Of a stretch of DNA of 48,575 nt, positions 12,614 to 23,780 are shown one piece after another. This DNA is from Anthoceros angustus (taxonomy: Eukaryota; Plantae; Anthocerotophyta): contig VJWM01000348.1 of assembly GCA_010909165.1 (NCBI GenBank), forward strand, positions 1 through 48,575. Direction: 5' to 3'. How positions within the stretch are numbered: position 1 is the first letter of the stretch; each line of letters begins with the position of its first letter. A program made the position numbers and the translations under genes. The notes under the pieces were generated by a model. It was not told where the DNA came from. It did not search any database and saw nothing but the letters and a program-made list of their open reading frames with translations.

Positions 12614-14736
12614 TTAATTGAACATGCTAACAAGATCCTCAATTGGGAACTTAAGACCGGGAAGGTTCCAAGCATTAAGCATTTTTAACAATGGTTTTAA
12701 GCTTGTGTTCCTAAAGCCATTGTTGATGAAGGCTTTAATAAGTTCCATGAGTTCTATGTAGGCTAGTGAGGCCTCACTAGATACATAGAGGATAGGGAAC
12801 ACTTGAGACACAATTACATTGTATGCTTGGCGAATTGGTCTATTAGAGTTCAAGTGGATGTATTGTGCATATTTGAATGGGAGAGCCCTTCGCTTTGTCA
12901 AACTTATAGGTCTTATAAATTCCAAGGATGGGATCCTCAATATGAATTTGCATGTTTAGAAAGTGGGCCGACTTTCCAAGTGTGATGCCCTCGTTAGGTA
13001 AGTTTCATCCACCTCTTGTTGGATTTCAACAATGTGGAGGGGTAGATCCAATAGGGATTGTCGGGATCACGCTTAGCATTAGGGTCCAAGAATTGTGAGC
13101 GAGGTGGCGCTTGAGCCGCAGATATCATCAATGTATCTTCTAGCTTCTTTGAACAGTGCCATTAGATTCTTCCTAGTCGTAGGCGTTGAATGAAGCGGCA
13201 TTCATAGGAGAAGAAGTACAAGTTGCACCAAAGTGGAGAGCATGAAAAGCCCATTGGGATGCCCGAGGTTTGCAACCGTGGTTTCCAAGCTGGACATTGC
13301 TTTGCATAAGCCATAAGTGGAGACTTAGGAGTCTCTCGTATGGGAGAGGGATCCATGGTCGGTGCAACTAGGTGTATCATAAACCCACTTGTAATCACAA
13401 AAGCCTTTGCGTGAGTATTTCACCCATAAGGTTTTAGTTTTGCTCACGTGTCTGTGACATGAGTGTATGCCTTTTAAGACAAAAGCCATGGCTTCAGCAA
13501 GGGAGTCTTCCCTTGTGTGGAATAGCCTCATAGCATCGCTAATATCCGCGACTAAAATGGAATGTATTTTAGCGGGAGATTGATTGCCACTTGTACCACG
13601 GATTCCGTGATCCAAAACATTGAGGTATCCACTCCAAGTAGGTTTTATAGCCCTCTTGAAGCCCAAGGGTCCAATCCCTTAAAATTGGAATAATAAGATT
13701 TGTGGCAAATGTGAGTCTCCAAGATAGAGAACACACAATCATGTCCATTGGTTAACCACAATGCTTCAATTTATGCTGTTTAAAAATTCCCATGAGGTAG
13801 GGAGACCAAAGTCTTGGTCCACCGGAATCTCGGGAGTATGCTTTCCAGGAATTGAATGTTACTCAGATATGTGAGATAGGCAACCAAGTGCCATTTTCAC
13901 CGGGTGAAAAGTCCGGATCACAAAGTCTTTTCAAGGCACATTTCACGACATAGAAGGTGCATTGAAAAGATCGGTGTTGGCTTTATCAAGGCCGAACAAT
14001 AGAGGTGGTTAAGGAGCCATGAGAGCTCATCCCTTGCGCATGAATTTTCCGAACATGAGTCCTACCATGGGACCAAAGCCTTTGTTTTTGGCTTGTCTCA
14101 AAGATTGGAAGCCGTGAACGCAGCCACAATTTTGGGCCAAAAAACATGCTCATCCAATGATTGCACCCATGTGCCAAGAAAATTTCCACAAGTTGTGCAA
14201 AGAATCCGAACACTCTCCACAAAGATCGTGACGTTGAGGAGGCAAGGGGATCTGGTTCATTCCGAAGTTGTGCTTGGAGGTTGCCCCTCACCGAAGCACA
14301 ATCGCAGCAACATGAGCCACCCCATCATTGGGATCCATGGTCAAAGGATCCACAAAAGCTTGGAAGCGCTTTTGTGATGGGCACACGCAAGTGTCTCCGG
14401 GCACACTATCTCCGTGTTCAAAAGAAAATCCACAAAACTTTCCGAGGCTTGTACACCTCTTGCCTCAAGGAGGCAACATGTCTCCATCCAAAGGTAGTTT
14501 CCAAGACTAGCATCAGGCATCACCAAGCATGTTAGTAGCTTGAACGCTTTTCACTTGCAAATGTTCCAACCTATTACAAGACATGTGAACGAAACCAGAT
14601 TGGTATCGTGCATGCTTCACTAATTGCCATTCAGGTCATGTCAAAAGCAACATGCGATCAGCACTGATCATCGTGATGACACCGGAAAAGGCAACCAAGG
14701 AAAAATTAGCCGTGACAACGAAGAAAAGAGGGTCAT
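12614..14736 (-). CDS. Penelope-like reverse transcriptase, ~700 aa after frameshift repair (copy B); start codon uncertain
   Basis: Manual translation across frames gives CVC..F..VDP..HV, LPYLMGIFKQHK..WLTNGHDCVFS, FWITESVVQVAINLPAKIHSILVADI, QTSGIPMGFSCSPLWCNLYFFSYE, catalytic RYIDDI (13121-13138), and thumb region FLNMQI..YK(F)DKRRALPFKYAQYIHLNSNRP..VIVSQ..NNGF ending LVSMFN*. This motif set is typical of PLE RTs. Confidence 0.85.
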
Positions 14737-14751
14737 CAGAACTTACAAAAA

Positions 14752-16900
14752 TCACGAGTTTGATTCCCGTAGTCCACTAGGAGGCTTAGAGGTAGAAGAG
14801 GCACCGGCCGGAGTGCCGCCACCATGTGTGTTGGAAGGAGCCGGGTGTCGGATCGATGGAGAGCTAAGGTTGCTAGCAACCGAATGTCGAGCCATAGGAG
14901 AGTCTTCTTTGTCGATAGTAGGGGCCGCTACTGGGCTAGCATATTTGTTAGAAAACCTATTGTGCATCATAGGGCCACCTTGCCTATTGCCACGGTGCCT
15001 CGTGAGGACTTTTCGGCTTGTCCCCATCGACTTTGCTTTGACATAGGATTTTTGATTGGACCTCAACTCTGTTTCATCAACGATCGCATTCTTCCGTGAA
15101 GGAAGGAGGCTTGATCATTTTCTATCATGAGTTTTGCTGATCCGTGGAATGCAACAAGGAGCCTTTGGGTGGGGTTAGTGGCAAATGCAGCACCATCCAA
15201 AGATCATTTCACGTACATACATGAAGGAAATGTGGGCTTTCACACAATCACGGTTTTGGCCAGCATTCGTGAATGCCAAGGCCATTGAACACGGAGGCTC
15301 GCGGAAAGAACTCATCCAAATGCCGTACATGAACCGAGGCTTGGTCAAACCATGATATCGCCATTGCAGCCTACCATCATCGTTCAACAAATCTTGGCAG
15401 ATGCATTTGATGTAAGGCTGAGCCAATTCCACCATGTTTTGTCATGGTCCTTCCCCACCGGCCAGGTTTTCACAGCCTTTTACCCTACACAACATCATCT
15501 CATCATTCGGCATTTGGTAGCATCAAAGCAAGATCGGGGCTGTATTGCAAAACCCAGCCCAAGCCACATTTCCATCCCCGCCTCACAAACGATGCCCATT
15601 TCTTCATCACTTAGCCTACAAAGGACTTGAAAAGTTTCAGTGAAGGGTGCCAAGTAAGAGAGGTTAGAGCCACCCACATCTTGTGGGAGATGGCGACAAT
15701 CACCTCAATGTCCCTAGGTGCAACAAGAGGAATGGGACCGCTCATGAGAGGAAACCTCGCCGCTCATCGCTTGTGGGCGACATATTCCGCATGAAGGTGC
15801 GGTCCTCCGTCATGTTGGCGTGGGGAAGGGGATGGTTGAATCCAGCCCTCGTGAAGCATGGGCCAGCTCATGCGACTGCAACCTTGAGCCTTGGCAATCC
15901 GAACTCTTCCTCGTCCAAGCGCTTGTGCATACCGTCATTGACACATTGCTCAAGCCCGCTCAATGGTTTGAAGAAGCTTCATCCCTTCATCATCTGGTTA
16001 GAATTGGCAAGCTTGCACCAATCGTTGAATGAGAGGACCTCCGAAGATGGGAGGTGCCATCCATCACCACAACAAGATCCGCTATCGTGCAATTGAATTT
16101 CAGCATGAATGGAGGGGGACAATGGAAGCAATCAGCGACAGCCACGAGAAGGGGATCAAACCAGCATGTGTGTAGCCCAATGAATGAGGCGGGAGAAACT
16201 CGATTGCCCGAACACCAAGCCAATTTCCAACCTTAGTGAGTCCAACACATTTGGTGAACACCACGCATGATTAATCCACAAGAGATTTGAACTGCAGACT
16301 TTCTAAACCCAAAGAAGGTTGAAAGGATTCTTGGTGACCAAACCAAGAACGAACAAGATAGATAGATTTCCTAGACTACATTGCATAAATGCAAGTTGCC
16401 CGACCTAGCAGGTCATTTCAAGCAAAGGTTAGAGATATATTTTAAAATCCGAATCCTGGAAGGATTTTCAAGTTCGGACCATAGGTCTCCTAATGTAAGC
16501 AACCCCATGTGTGAGAGATCCAAGATCCGCCCTCCTTGGTATGAGTATATCACATTTGTAGCGTGCACACGGATGATTGTGTAAAGGCATGCAATGTGTC
16601 CGCAATTTCCGTCCCTTGGTAAGTAGTTAGACCTACATCGAATCGACGAAGTGAACCAAGATGTCTATAAGCACTCTTCCATTTTTCAGCATGCTAGCAA
16701 CTGTGATCGGGCAAATAGGAACATCAGTCATGAGAGAAAAATCATGCATGTCACCATTAATTTCTGTGTCAAAGTAGCGTAATCAGACTAGTTCACCATT
16801 TGTGGTCCATGGTTGGTATGTCACCGTAAGTTATCAAAAACCTTTACCGCAAGCATCCTTGTAGCAAGGAGTAGTGTGCATCTACAGCCTGTCTCGTTTT
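14752..16900 (-). CDS. Putative ORF1 of the PLE (unknown function; 5' boundary uncertain, may extend further)
   Basis: Minus-strand peptides recur in all copies (e.g. SMLKNGRVLIDI.VHFVDSM, EVLSFNDWCKLANS..DDEGMKLLQTIER, YLAPF.ETFQVLCRLSDEEM). A Ser/Pro-rich tail ends KPPSGLRESNS* about 15 nt before the proposed RT start. Confidence 0.5.
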
Positions 16901-19192
16901 CTCTCCAAATCCGATCTCAATATCACAAACCCACATGCATCCTTGCGAAGCGAGGTGCATCATTGCTTGCATTGTTTTCTCTAGGCCGTTCATCGTCTCA
17001 ATCATCAAACACCCACATGCATCCTTGAAGTATACAACGTGCATCCACGCCTACATCGTTTTCTCGGGCCGCTCATGAGTCTCAACCATTACATACCTAC
17101 ATGCAAGAAACAAGGCATCCACTTGATGAGCATCGTTTTCCGCTCACTAGTCTCACGTCTTAATTTCATACACATCCTTAAAGAAACAAACGGCGTCGCC
17201 GCGCATCGCATTCTCCATCATCACACACCCATGTATCATTGTCACCATAGACCCATCGCCTGCATCTTTTTCTCTCCAAGTCGCTCATCCCCATCACACA
17301 CTTCCTTGCAGCAGACACCATTATCATTTTCTCAAGTTGCACCAATCTCAATCACTACACATCCTCATGCATTCTCGCGAAGCAAACGGCGTCGTTTATT
17401 GCCGATCGTTTTCTCCGGCCGCACGCCCACATGCATCACAAGCCCACGTGGGTCAAGACCGCCACATCACCGGATCCCAGGTTGTGACAAAAGGATTGGC
17501 ACGATGGCCATCCCGGTCAAGTTTTAGATCGACAACCCCGTCGGATCCACCCATCCCGCCCATCCAAAGATCCCGCCCGAGCAAGACATCATGCTAATCA
17601 CCACAGACACCAATCATCAACGGAACATCCACCGTGGTAGCAAAACCATCGGGTCGTCTCACCGCTTGCGGCGCCACTTTGTATGGCTCCAAGCAGGCGC
17701 AGCAGAATCAAACCATATGGTCATCATTCGCAAGCAATCCATGAGCGATGGCGGCGGGAGCGAAAAAACCAGCAATCCTCCAACCCGTCCGGTCAAAAAT
17801 CGCGTCCAAAGAGGCCGCATCAATCCCCCGGCCCCAGCCCCTTTTTTCTTGCCCATAGTCGATCCTCACCGAGGCGTCGACACCTCTCCGTGAGACGGGT
17901 CACCAAGCAAATTCTCGGTAGCCGCATGGTCATCCGTTCACGTTTTAGATCGACGTACAACCCCGTCTGATCCACCCACCTGCATATCCAGCACCCACCA
18001 GTGTAGCACGTCGCTATGCACCGCACGACATCAATTTCCAGAAGCACGGCCAAGCACCCATCGTGGAAGCAAAACCAGCGCCTGCAGACCACTTGCACGC
18101 GCCACTTTGTATGGCTCCAAGCACGCAGTGGAACCCTCAACCGAGATAATGATTCCTAGCAAGCAATCCATGAGCGATGGCGGCGAGGGAGCAAGAAACC
18201 AGCCGTCCAACCCGTCCGATCAAAAGCGCGTCCAAAGAGGCCCTTGTCCTCGGCGGACTCCCAATATTCGATGCAATCTTACGATCATCAACGGTACATC
18301 CAACCGTGGTAACAGCGCGTGCAAAACTAGATCGACATCCCGATTGGCTTAAGCGAGCATCCGGTAGCACAATATCTATCGCATGCTATCTTGAAGCCAT
18401 TCACATGCAATCTTGTGCTCGAGATCGTCCGGTGAAGCCAAGCGATCGACATACCACCTATTTTACATCATTCAACTGCGTCGTTGTCCTCCCACTTCAT
18501 TCCTTGCTACATGTATCAAACATCAATATCGGTCTCCAATGCGATCAAACCTCGATGCAGATCGGATGCTTCACCTAAGCGGGACCTTGAGTCGAGTATC
18601 CCAAAGGATGACGATTCCGGTACATGCATCCGAGGCATCCGGACAAAATTGCGGCACGAACAACATTCATAGCCACGCCACGAGACATCTTGTGTTGATC
18701 AAACCGTATTTTGAATCCGTAAGACACAAACCCTAGCAATCATTGAGTCATCTATCCGCTTCTAGATCAGAAAAAACAACTTGAGGTTTAGAAGACTAGA
18801 CCGGATGACCAAATCAAGGTCTAGCTTCTTGGATGCAGAGATGGTGTTGGTCAACACCCTCCCCTTCCCTTCTTGACCACCAAAAGGGATCATCGGTTTC
18901 GGATCCTTGGTGAGACGGGATCCATTGCACATCCACTAATTCTAAGGTTGCATAGTGAAGTAGAAGAGAGAAAAGGTTCAACCTTGGTAGCCATGGCTAG
19001 CTTGGGGAGGCAACGCGACAAAGAGACCAAGGTACTAAGTAAGGTGATCACGCAAATAGAGGCGGGAGCAATAGAGAGAATGACAATCATCAAAGGTAGA
19101 GGCTAAGCATAGGAGAGGAAGGGAGGAACCCCAACCAAAGTTTGGAGGAAGGGATTTCATTGGGTAGCAAATTCTATCCAACCGCTCACAAG

Positions 19193-19200
19193 TTATATAA
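19193..19200 (-). promoter_or_regulatory. Candidate TATA box of the PLE unit (also 11749-11756, 26079-26086)
   Basis: TTATATAA is conserved in all three copies and followed on the minus strand by a CT-rich, 5'UTR-like stretch. Inference only. Confidence 0.3.
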
Positions 19201-19789
19201 TCCTATTGGGCAGCCATTCCTACCAATGATAACCCACAAGGAATCAACCCATCTTTAACAAACATGCCATATATTTAGGATCCCTCATATGGGTGTATTA
19301 ATTATAATATGCCCAAGTGGGTAAGGCACTATGTCCTTCTACCAATAAAAGGTGATAGCCCTTGGAAAAGGCAAGCATATTCATATTCTATTCACTCCAT
19401 AGTTATCAAGAGTCTAATGGTGCATTTTTATGGGTTAGATACCTCTCTAAGGTCAAAAACAAAACATATGAAAGATACTTGTAAACATCACGCGTTTATT
19501 ATCCAAAAGACAAATAAAACCTGCATACATATTAGACTATCTTGAATTAAAATTTATCTCAAAAATCAAGGAAAACAACCATATTAGTAAGAAAATAATA
19601 AAGGGTAAATAATAAATAAAATCAATAAAAATTCCTTCACAAATTAGTATTACGTAAACATTGAAGGAATAGATTTACTTAGTTCATCGATGGGATGTTT
19701 GGGATGGATAAACATCATTTAGAAGCACCAATCTATGGGCACACAAAGGGCAAATTCATGGATCTCATAGGGAACATAACTCTCTCTTG

Positions 19790-19832
19790 GATAGATGGAT
19801 ATGATAGATAGATATAGATAGATAGATAGATA
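19790..19832. repeat. Short imperfect (GATA)n junction tract between PLE copies B and C
   Basis: gatagatggatatgatagatagatatagatagatagatagata. Confidence 0.95.
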
Positions 19833-20025
19833 CCCTCCACTCTCCTGGTTGAATTTACAAATATATTCCTTTTTGGATCGGGGGCAAATAAAATGCCCTT
19901 GATCCAAGGATATTTGTATACCGCCAAAAAATATAATTGTAATAAAATGAGAAAAAAACAGATGCATGAAGCATCATATACATAAATCTATCTAACCATC
20001 CCATAGAGAGAAGTTATGTGGGAAA

Positions 20026-22148
20026 TTAATTGAACATGCTAACAAGATCCTCAATTGGGAACTTAAGACCAGGAAGGTTCCAAGCATTAAGCATTTTTAA
20101 CAATGGTTTTAAGCTTGTGTTCCTAAAGCCATTGTTGATGAAGGCTTTAATAAGTTCCATGAGTTCTATGTAGTGAGGCCTCACTAGATACATAGAGGAT
20201 AGGGAACACTTGAGACACAATTACATTGTATGCTTGGCGAATTGGTCTATTAGAGTTCAAGTGGATGTATTGTGCATATTTGAATGGGAGAGCCCTTCGC
20301 TTGTCAAACTTATAGGTCTTATAAATTCCAAGGATGGGATCCTCAATATGAATTTGCATGTTTAGAAAGTGGGCCGACTTTCCAAGTGTGATGCCTCGGT
20401 TAGGTAAGTTTCATCCACCTCTTGTTGGATTTCAACAATGTGGAGGGGTAGATCCAATAGGGATTGTCGGGATCACGCTTAGCATTAGGGTCCAAGAATT
20501 CGTGAGCGAGGTGGCGCTTGAGCCGAGATATCATCAATGTATCTTCTAGCTTCTTTGAGCTGCCATTAGATCGGTTCTTCCTAGTCGTGCTAGGCGTTGA
20601 ATGAAGCGGCATTCATAGGAGAAGAAGTACAAGTTGCACCAAAGTGGAGCATGAAAAGCCATTGGGATGCCCGAGGTTTGCAACCGTGGTTTCAAGCTGG
20701 ACATTGCGGTTTGCATAAGCCATAAGTGGAGACTTAGGAGTCTCTCGTATGGGAGAGGGATCCATGGTCCAGTGGTGCAACTAGGTGTATCATAAACCCA
20801 CTTGTAATCACAAAAGCCTTGCGGGAATGAGTATTTCACCCATAAGGTTTTAGTTTTGCTCACGTGTCATTGACATGAGTGTATGCCTTTTAAGACAAAA
20901 GCCATGGCACAGAGTCTTCCCTGTGTGGGAATAGCCTCATAGCATCGCCCGACTAAAATGGAATGTATTTTAGCGGGAGATTGATTGCCACTTGTACCAC
21001 GGATTCGTGATCCAAAACATTGAGGTATCCACTCCAAGTAGGTTTTATAGCCCTCTTGAAGCCCAAGGGTCCAATCCCTTAAAATTGGAATAATAAGATT
21101 TGTGGCAAATGTGAGTAGGTCGCCAAGATAGAGAACACACAATCATGTCCATTGGTTAACCATGCTTCAATTTATGCTGTTTAAAAATTCCCATGAGGTA
21201 GGAGACCAAAGTCTTGGTCCACCGGAATCTCGGGAGTATGCTTTCCGGTGGAATTGAATGTTACTCGGGATATGTGAGATAGGCAACCAAGTGCCATTTT
21301 CCAGCCGGGGTGAAAAGTCCGGATCACAAAGTCTTTTCAAGGCACATTTCCGACATAGAAGGTGCATTGAAAAGCGGATGGTGTTGGCTTTATCAAGGCC
21401 GAACAATAGAGGTGGTTAAGGAGCCATGAGAGCTCATCCTTGCATGAATTTTCGAACATGAGTCCTACCATGGGACCAAAGCCTTTGTTTTTGGCTTGTC
21501 TCAAAGATTGGAAGCACCGTGAGCAGCCAATTTTGGGCCAAAAAACATGCTCATCCAACAGATTGCACCCATGTGCCAAGAAAATTTCCACAAGTTGTGC
21601 AAAAGAATCCGAACACTCTCCACGGCATCGGGGACGTTGAGGCAAGGGGATCTGGGTCCCATCTTGAGTTGTGCTTGGAGGTTACGGTCCCTCACGAGCA
21701 TCAGCGGTCGAACATGAGCCACCCCATCATTGGGATCCATGGTCAAAGGATCCACAAAAGCTTAGCGCTTTTGTGATGGGCACACGCAAGTCTCTCGGGC
21801 ACACTATCTCCGTGTTCAAAAGAAAATCCACAAAAACTTTCCGAGGCTTGTACACCTCTTGCCTCAAGGAGGCAACATGTCTCCATCAAAGGTAGTTTCC
21901 AAGACTAGCTGCATCAAGGAGGCATCACCAAGCATGTTAGTAGCTTGGGTCAGAAGCTTTTCACTTGCAAATGTTCCAGTCTATTACGATTACAACGTGT
22001 GAACGAAACCGCATTGGTATCGGTGCATGCTTCACTAATTGCCATTCGGTCATGTCAAAGCAACATGCGATCAGCACGGATCATCGGGGATGACACGGAA
22101 AAGGCAACCAAGGAAAAATTAGCGGGACAACGAAGAAAAGAGGGTCAT
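20026..22148 (-). CDS. Penelope-like reverse transcriptase (copy C), frameshifted in this assembly
   Basis: Same motifs as copy B. RYIDDI at 20527-20544. ORF-track fragments 20026-20220, 20147-20359 and 20546-20863 carry the thumb and GIPM motifs. Confidence 0.85.
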
Positions 22149-22273
22149 CGAACTTACAAAAATCAAGTCTTGCACAATTTACAACCACATCTACAACAAA
22201 CATGGTTTACAACGTCTTTTACAAGTACCGTTTACAACATCATCAAAAAGCACGTCATTATATATTCAACAAA

Positions 22274-23780
22274 TCTTGGCGGATGCATTTGATGTAAGGC
22301 TGAGCCAATTCCACCATGTTTTGTCATGGTCCTTCCCCGGGCCGGTTTTCACGAGCCTTTTACCCTACACAACATCATCTCATCATTCGGCATTTGGTAG
22401 CATCAAAGCAAGATCTGGGCTGCATTGCAAAACCCAAGCCACATTTCCATCCGCCGTCAACATGCCATTTCTTCATCACTTAGCCTACAAAGGACTTGAA
22501 AAGTTTCAGCATGAAGGGTGCCAAGTAAGAGAGGTTAGAGCCACCACATCTTGTGGGAGATGGCACAATCACCTCAATGTCCCTAGGTGCAACAAGAGGA
22601 ATGGGACACACTCATGAGAGGAAACCCTCGCCATTGCTTGTTTCTTGTGCTTGGGCGACATATTCGCATGAAGGTGCGGTCCTCCTCTCATGTTGGCGGT
22701 GGGAAGCAGGATGGTTGAATCCGCCCTCTGTGAAGCATGGGCCGGGCTCATCGACAGTTGCAACCTTGAGCCTTGGCAATCCGAACTCTTTCCTCGTCCA
22801 AGCTGTTGCTTGTGCATACCGTCATTGACGACACATTGCTCCAAGTTCGCTCAATGGTTTGAAGAAGCTTCATCCCTTCATCATCACGGTTAGTTGAATT
22901 GGCAAGCTTGCACCAATCGTTGAATGAGAGGACCTCCAGCATGGGAGGTGCCATCCATCACCACACGTCATTCTGCGCTATCGTGCAATTGAATTTCAGC
23001 ATGAATGGAGGGGGACAATGGAAGCAATCACAGCGGCCACGAGAAGGGGATCAAACCAGCATGTGTGTAGCCCAATGAATGAGGGAAAACTCATTGCCAC
23101 GAACACCAAGCCAATTTCCAACCTTAGTGAGTCCAACACATTTGTGAACACCACCATGATTAATCCACAAGAGATTTGAAGCTAGACTTTCTAAACCGCC
23201 AAAGGTTGAAAAATTCTTGGTGACCAAACCAAGACAGAACAAGATAGATAGATTTCCTAGACTACATCGCATAAATGCAAGTGCACCTAGCGGTCATTTC
23301 AAGCAAAGCTGTTTAGAGATATATTTTAAAATCCGAATCCCTGTGGAAGGATTTTCCAAGTTCGAGACCATAGGTCTCTAATTATAAGCAACCCCATGTG
23401 TGAGAGATCCAGATCAGCCCTCCTTGGTATGAGTATATCACATTTGTAGCGTGCACACGGATGATTGTGTAAAGGCATGCAATGTGTCCGCAATTTCCCG
23501 TCGGCCGGTTGGTAAGTAGTTAGGCATCGAATCGACGAAGTGAACCGGTATGTCTATAAGCACTCTTCCATTTTTCAGCATGCTAGCGATCAGGCAAATA
23601 GGAACATCAATTTGTTCATGAGAGAGAAAAATCATGCATGTCACCATTAATTTCGCGTGGTTGTCAAAGTAGCGAGCAGACTAGTTCACCATTTGTGGTC
23701 CATGGTTGGTATGTCACCACAGTAAGTTATCAAAAACCTTTACCGCATCCTTGTAGCAAGGAGTAGTGTGCATCTATAGC
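22274..23780 (-). pseudogene. ORF1 of copy C, lacking C-terminal ~630 bp
   Basis: Fragments 22748-22954 and 23438-23647 match copy B. Confidence 0.45.

Larger units (their letters stand above)
12398..19789 (-). mobile_element. Penelope-like retroelement, tandem copy B (complete ~7.4 kb unit)
   Basis: Bounded by (GATA)n tracts at 12343-12397 and 19790-19832. Contains ORF1 and a PLE-type RT on the minus strand. Confidence 0.88.

Noticed and set aside
12614-14736. LINE or group II intron RT
   Set aside because: No APE endonuclease, QG..LSP/YADD pattern or C-terminal CCHC; GIPMG/YIDD/DKR..SN.P..SQ fits PLEs.
14725-14745. Hammerhead ribozyme core (CTGATGA on the minus strand; near-matches at ~18801 and ~19683)
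   Set aside because: No stem II followed by GAAA could be built. Not excluded on a corrected sequence, because CTG/CAG sites appear error-prone.
18890-19093. Small hydrophobic signal-peptide-like ORF
   Set aside because: The hydrophobicity is explained by CT-rich UTR-like composition, and the frame differs among copies.
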